Below the pieces are notes generated by a model, which worked only from the letters and a program-made list of their open reading frames with translations, was not told where the DNA came from and did no database searches. From contig NW_027117343.1 of NCBI RefSeq assembly GCF_038025025.1, positions 682,001-746,000 of the forward strand: 64,000 nucleotides of DNA, written 5' to 3'. This document shows, piece after piece, positions 63,167-64,000 of the stretch (its first letter is position 1; every line of letters starts with the position of its first letter). The stretch comes from Phyllosticta citribraziliensis. Lineage: Eukaryota. Both the position numbers and the translations under genes were made by a program.

Positions 63167-64000
63167 ATGAGGGTTCTCAACTCGACCTCTGCCATCCACC
63201 ACCATCAGCACCAGCCTTCCAGGGCCAACCTCCCTCACGGCCAACTCCCGCCTGCCATGACCTCAACAGCCACCACCGCCGCCGCCGCCACCACCCACAC
63301 CCAACATCCCGACCCTTCTCGTTCCAACAGCCACGCCGCCGTGCATGACGACCGCGACCTCTCGACCCCAAGCCCGCGCCCCTCATCCGCCTCCGCAATG
63401 CGCGGCCGACGAAGCTCCACCCAAGACAGAAGCCGCCTCGACAGCGCAGACGGCCCCGACACTGCCCGCCCTGGACTTTTGCGCGCAAAAAGCGACTTTG
63501 GCCCGCGCTGGGAAGAGCAGCACAACGACCCAGAAGAACGAACCAGCGAAGCCGAGTGGACCATCCGCCATGGCTGGGAGACGCAGCTCACATCCGAGGA
63601 ATACCAAAACTTTCTCAGCTCAACCTTTTACATGTACTTCACCGACAAGAAGCACGAGACCAATGGCAACCCCAAGCACGACAGCGAAAAATACCCTCTG
63701 CAGGAATGGCGCATGAAGGACAGGCTCAAGACCGTCTCGGCCGTGCTTGCCCTGTGCCTAAACATCGGTGTCGATCCCCCAGATGTCATCAAGACAAATC
63801 CGTGCGCCAAACTCGAGTGTTGGATAGATCCCACCATATCAACCGGCACCTCGGGCCATACGCCCATGAACAATATTGGCAAGGCCCTGCAGACCCAGTA
63901 CGAACAGCTTAGCATGCGCACGAGGTACAAGCTTTGCTTGGATCCCACCGTCGACGAGACTAGGAGATATTGCTCGACCCTGCGCAAAAATGCCCGCAAC
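63167..64000 (+). CDS. KOG1: TORC1 subunit Raptor/Kog1/Mip1, 5' portion (runs off the window end)
   Basis: Open frame from ATG 63167 (or 63257): LLRAKSDFGPR..IRHGWE..FYMYFTDKKH..EWRMKDRLKTVSAVLALCLNIGVDPPDVIKTNPCAKLECWIDP..IGKALQTQYE, the Raptor N-terminal domain. Absent from the ORF track because there is no stop in the window. Confidence 0.93.
   Translation, partial: MRVLNSTSAIHHHQHQPSRANLPHGQLPPAMTSTATTAAAATTHTQHPDPSRSNSHAAVHDDRDLSTPSPRPSSASAMRGRRSSTQDRSRLDSADGPDTARPGLLRAKSDFGPRWEEQHNDPEERTSEAEWTIRHGWETQLTSEEYQNFLSSTFYMYFTDKKHETNGNPKHDSEKYPLQEWRMKDRLKTVSAVLALCLNIGVDPPDVIKTNPCAKLECWIDPTISTGTSGHTPMNNIGKALQTQYEQLSMRTRYKLCLDPTVDETRRYCSTLRKNARN

Overview
Gene-dense, intron-containing eukaryotic DNA from a filamentous ascomycete (Pezizomycotina; Dothideomycete-like is my inference from the protein sequences). 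It has short GT-AG introns with CTRAC-type branch points. I reconstruct 21 spliced or partial protein-coding genes plus one candidate pseudogene. In order: RRP40, SSZ1, a dienelactone hydrolase, RPL37 (absent from the ORF track), an RS/RD-rich putative splicing factor, a Sos7-like kinetochore protein, a Zn2Cys6 transcription factor, EPT1/CPT1, NIPSNAP, UBP3, a MAG2/RNF10-like RING E3, ERG4, a Vps62-like protein, an F-box protein, SLA2, a GH5 endoglucanase, a CPSF6/CFIm68-like RRM protein, SSS1 (Sec61 gamma), WDR23/DCAF11, a GH7 cellobiohydrolase, a TeaA/Kel1 kelch protein and the 5' end of KOG1/Raptor. I found no convincing tRNA, rRNA, CRISPR array or intact transposon. Most notable observations: (1) the antagonistic 40S-ribosome ubiquitin writer (MAG2/RNF10) and eraser (UBP3/USP10) orthologues sit head-to-head; (2) the GH7 has lost both cysteines of one conserved disulfide beside the catalytic motif; (3) two introns appear to need non-canonical GC donors, one inside the RNP1 motif of the CFIm68-like gene with a competing frameshifting GT; (4) a frameshifted orphan ORF built from an internal peptide repeat. 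All gene models are manual and unverified by RNA data or database searches.
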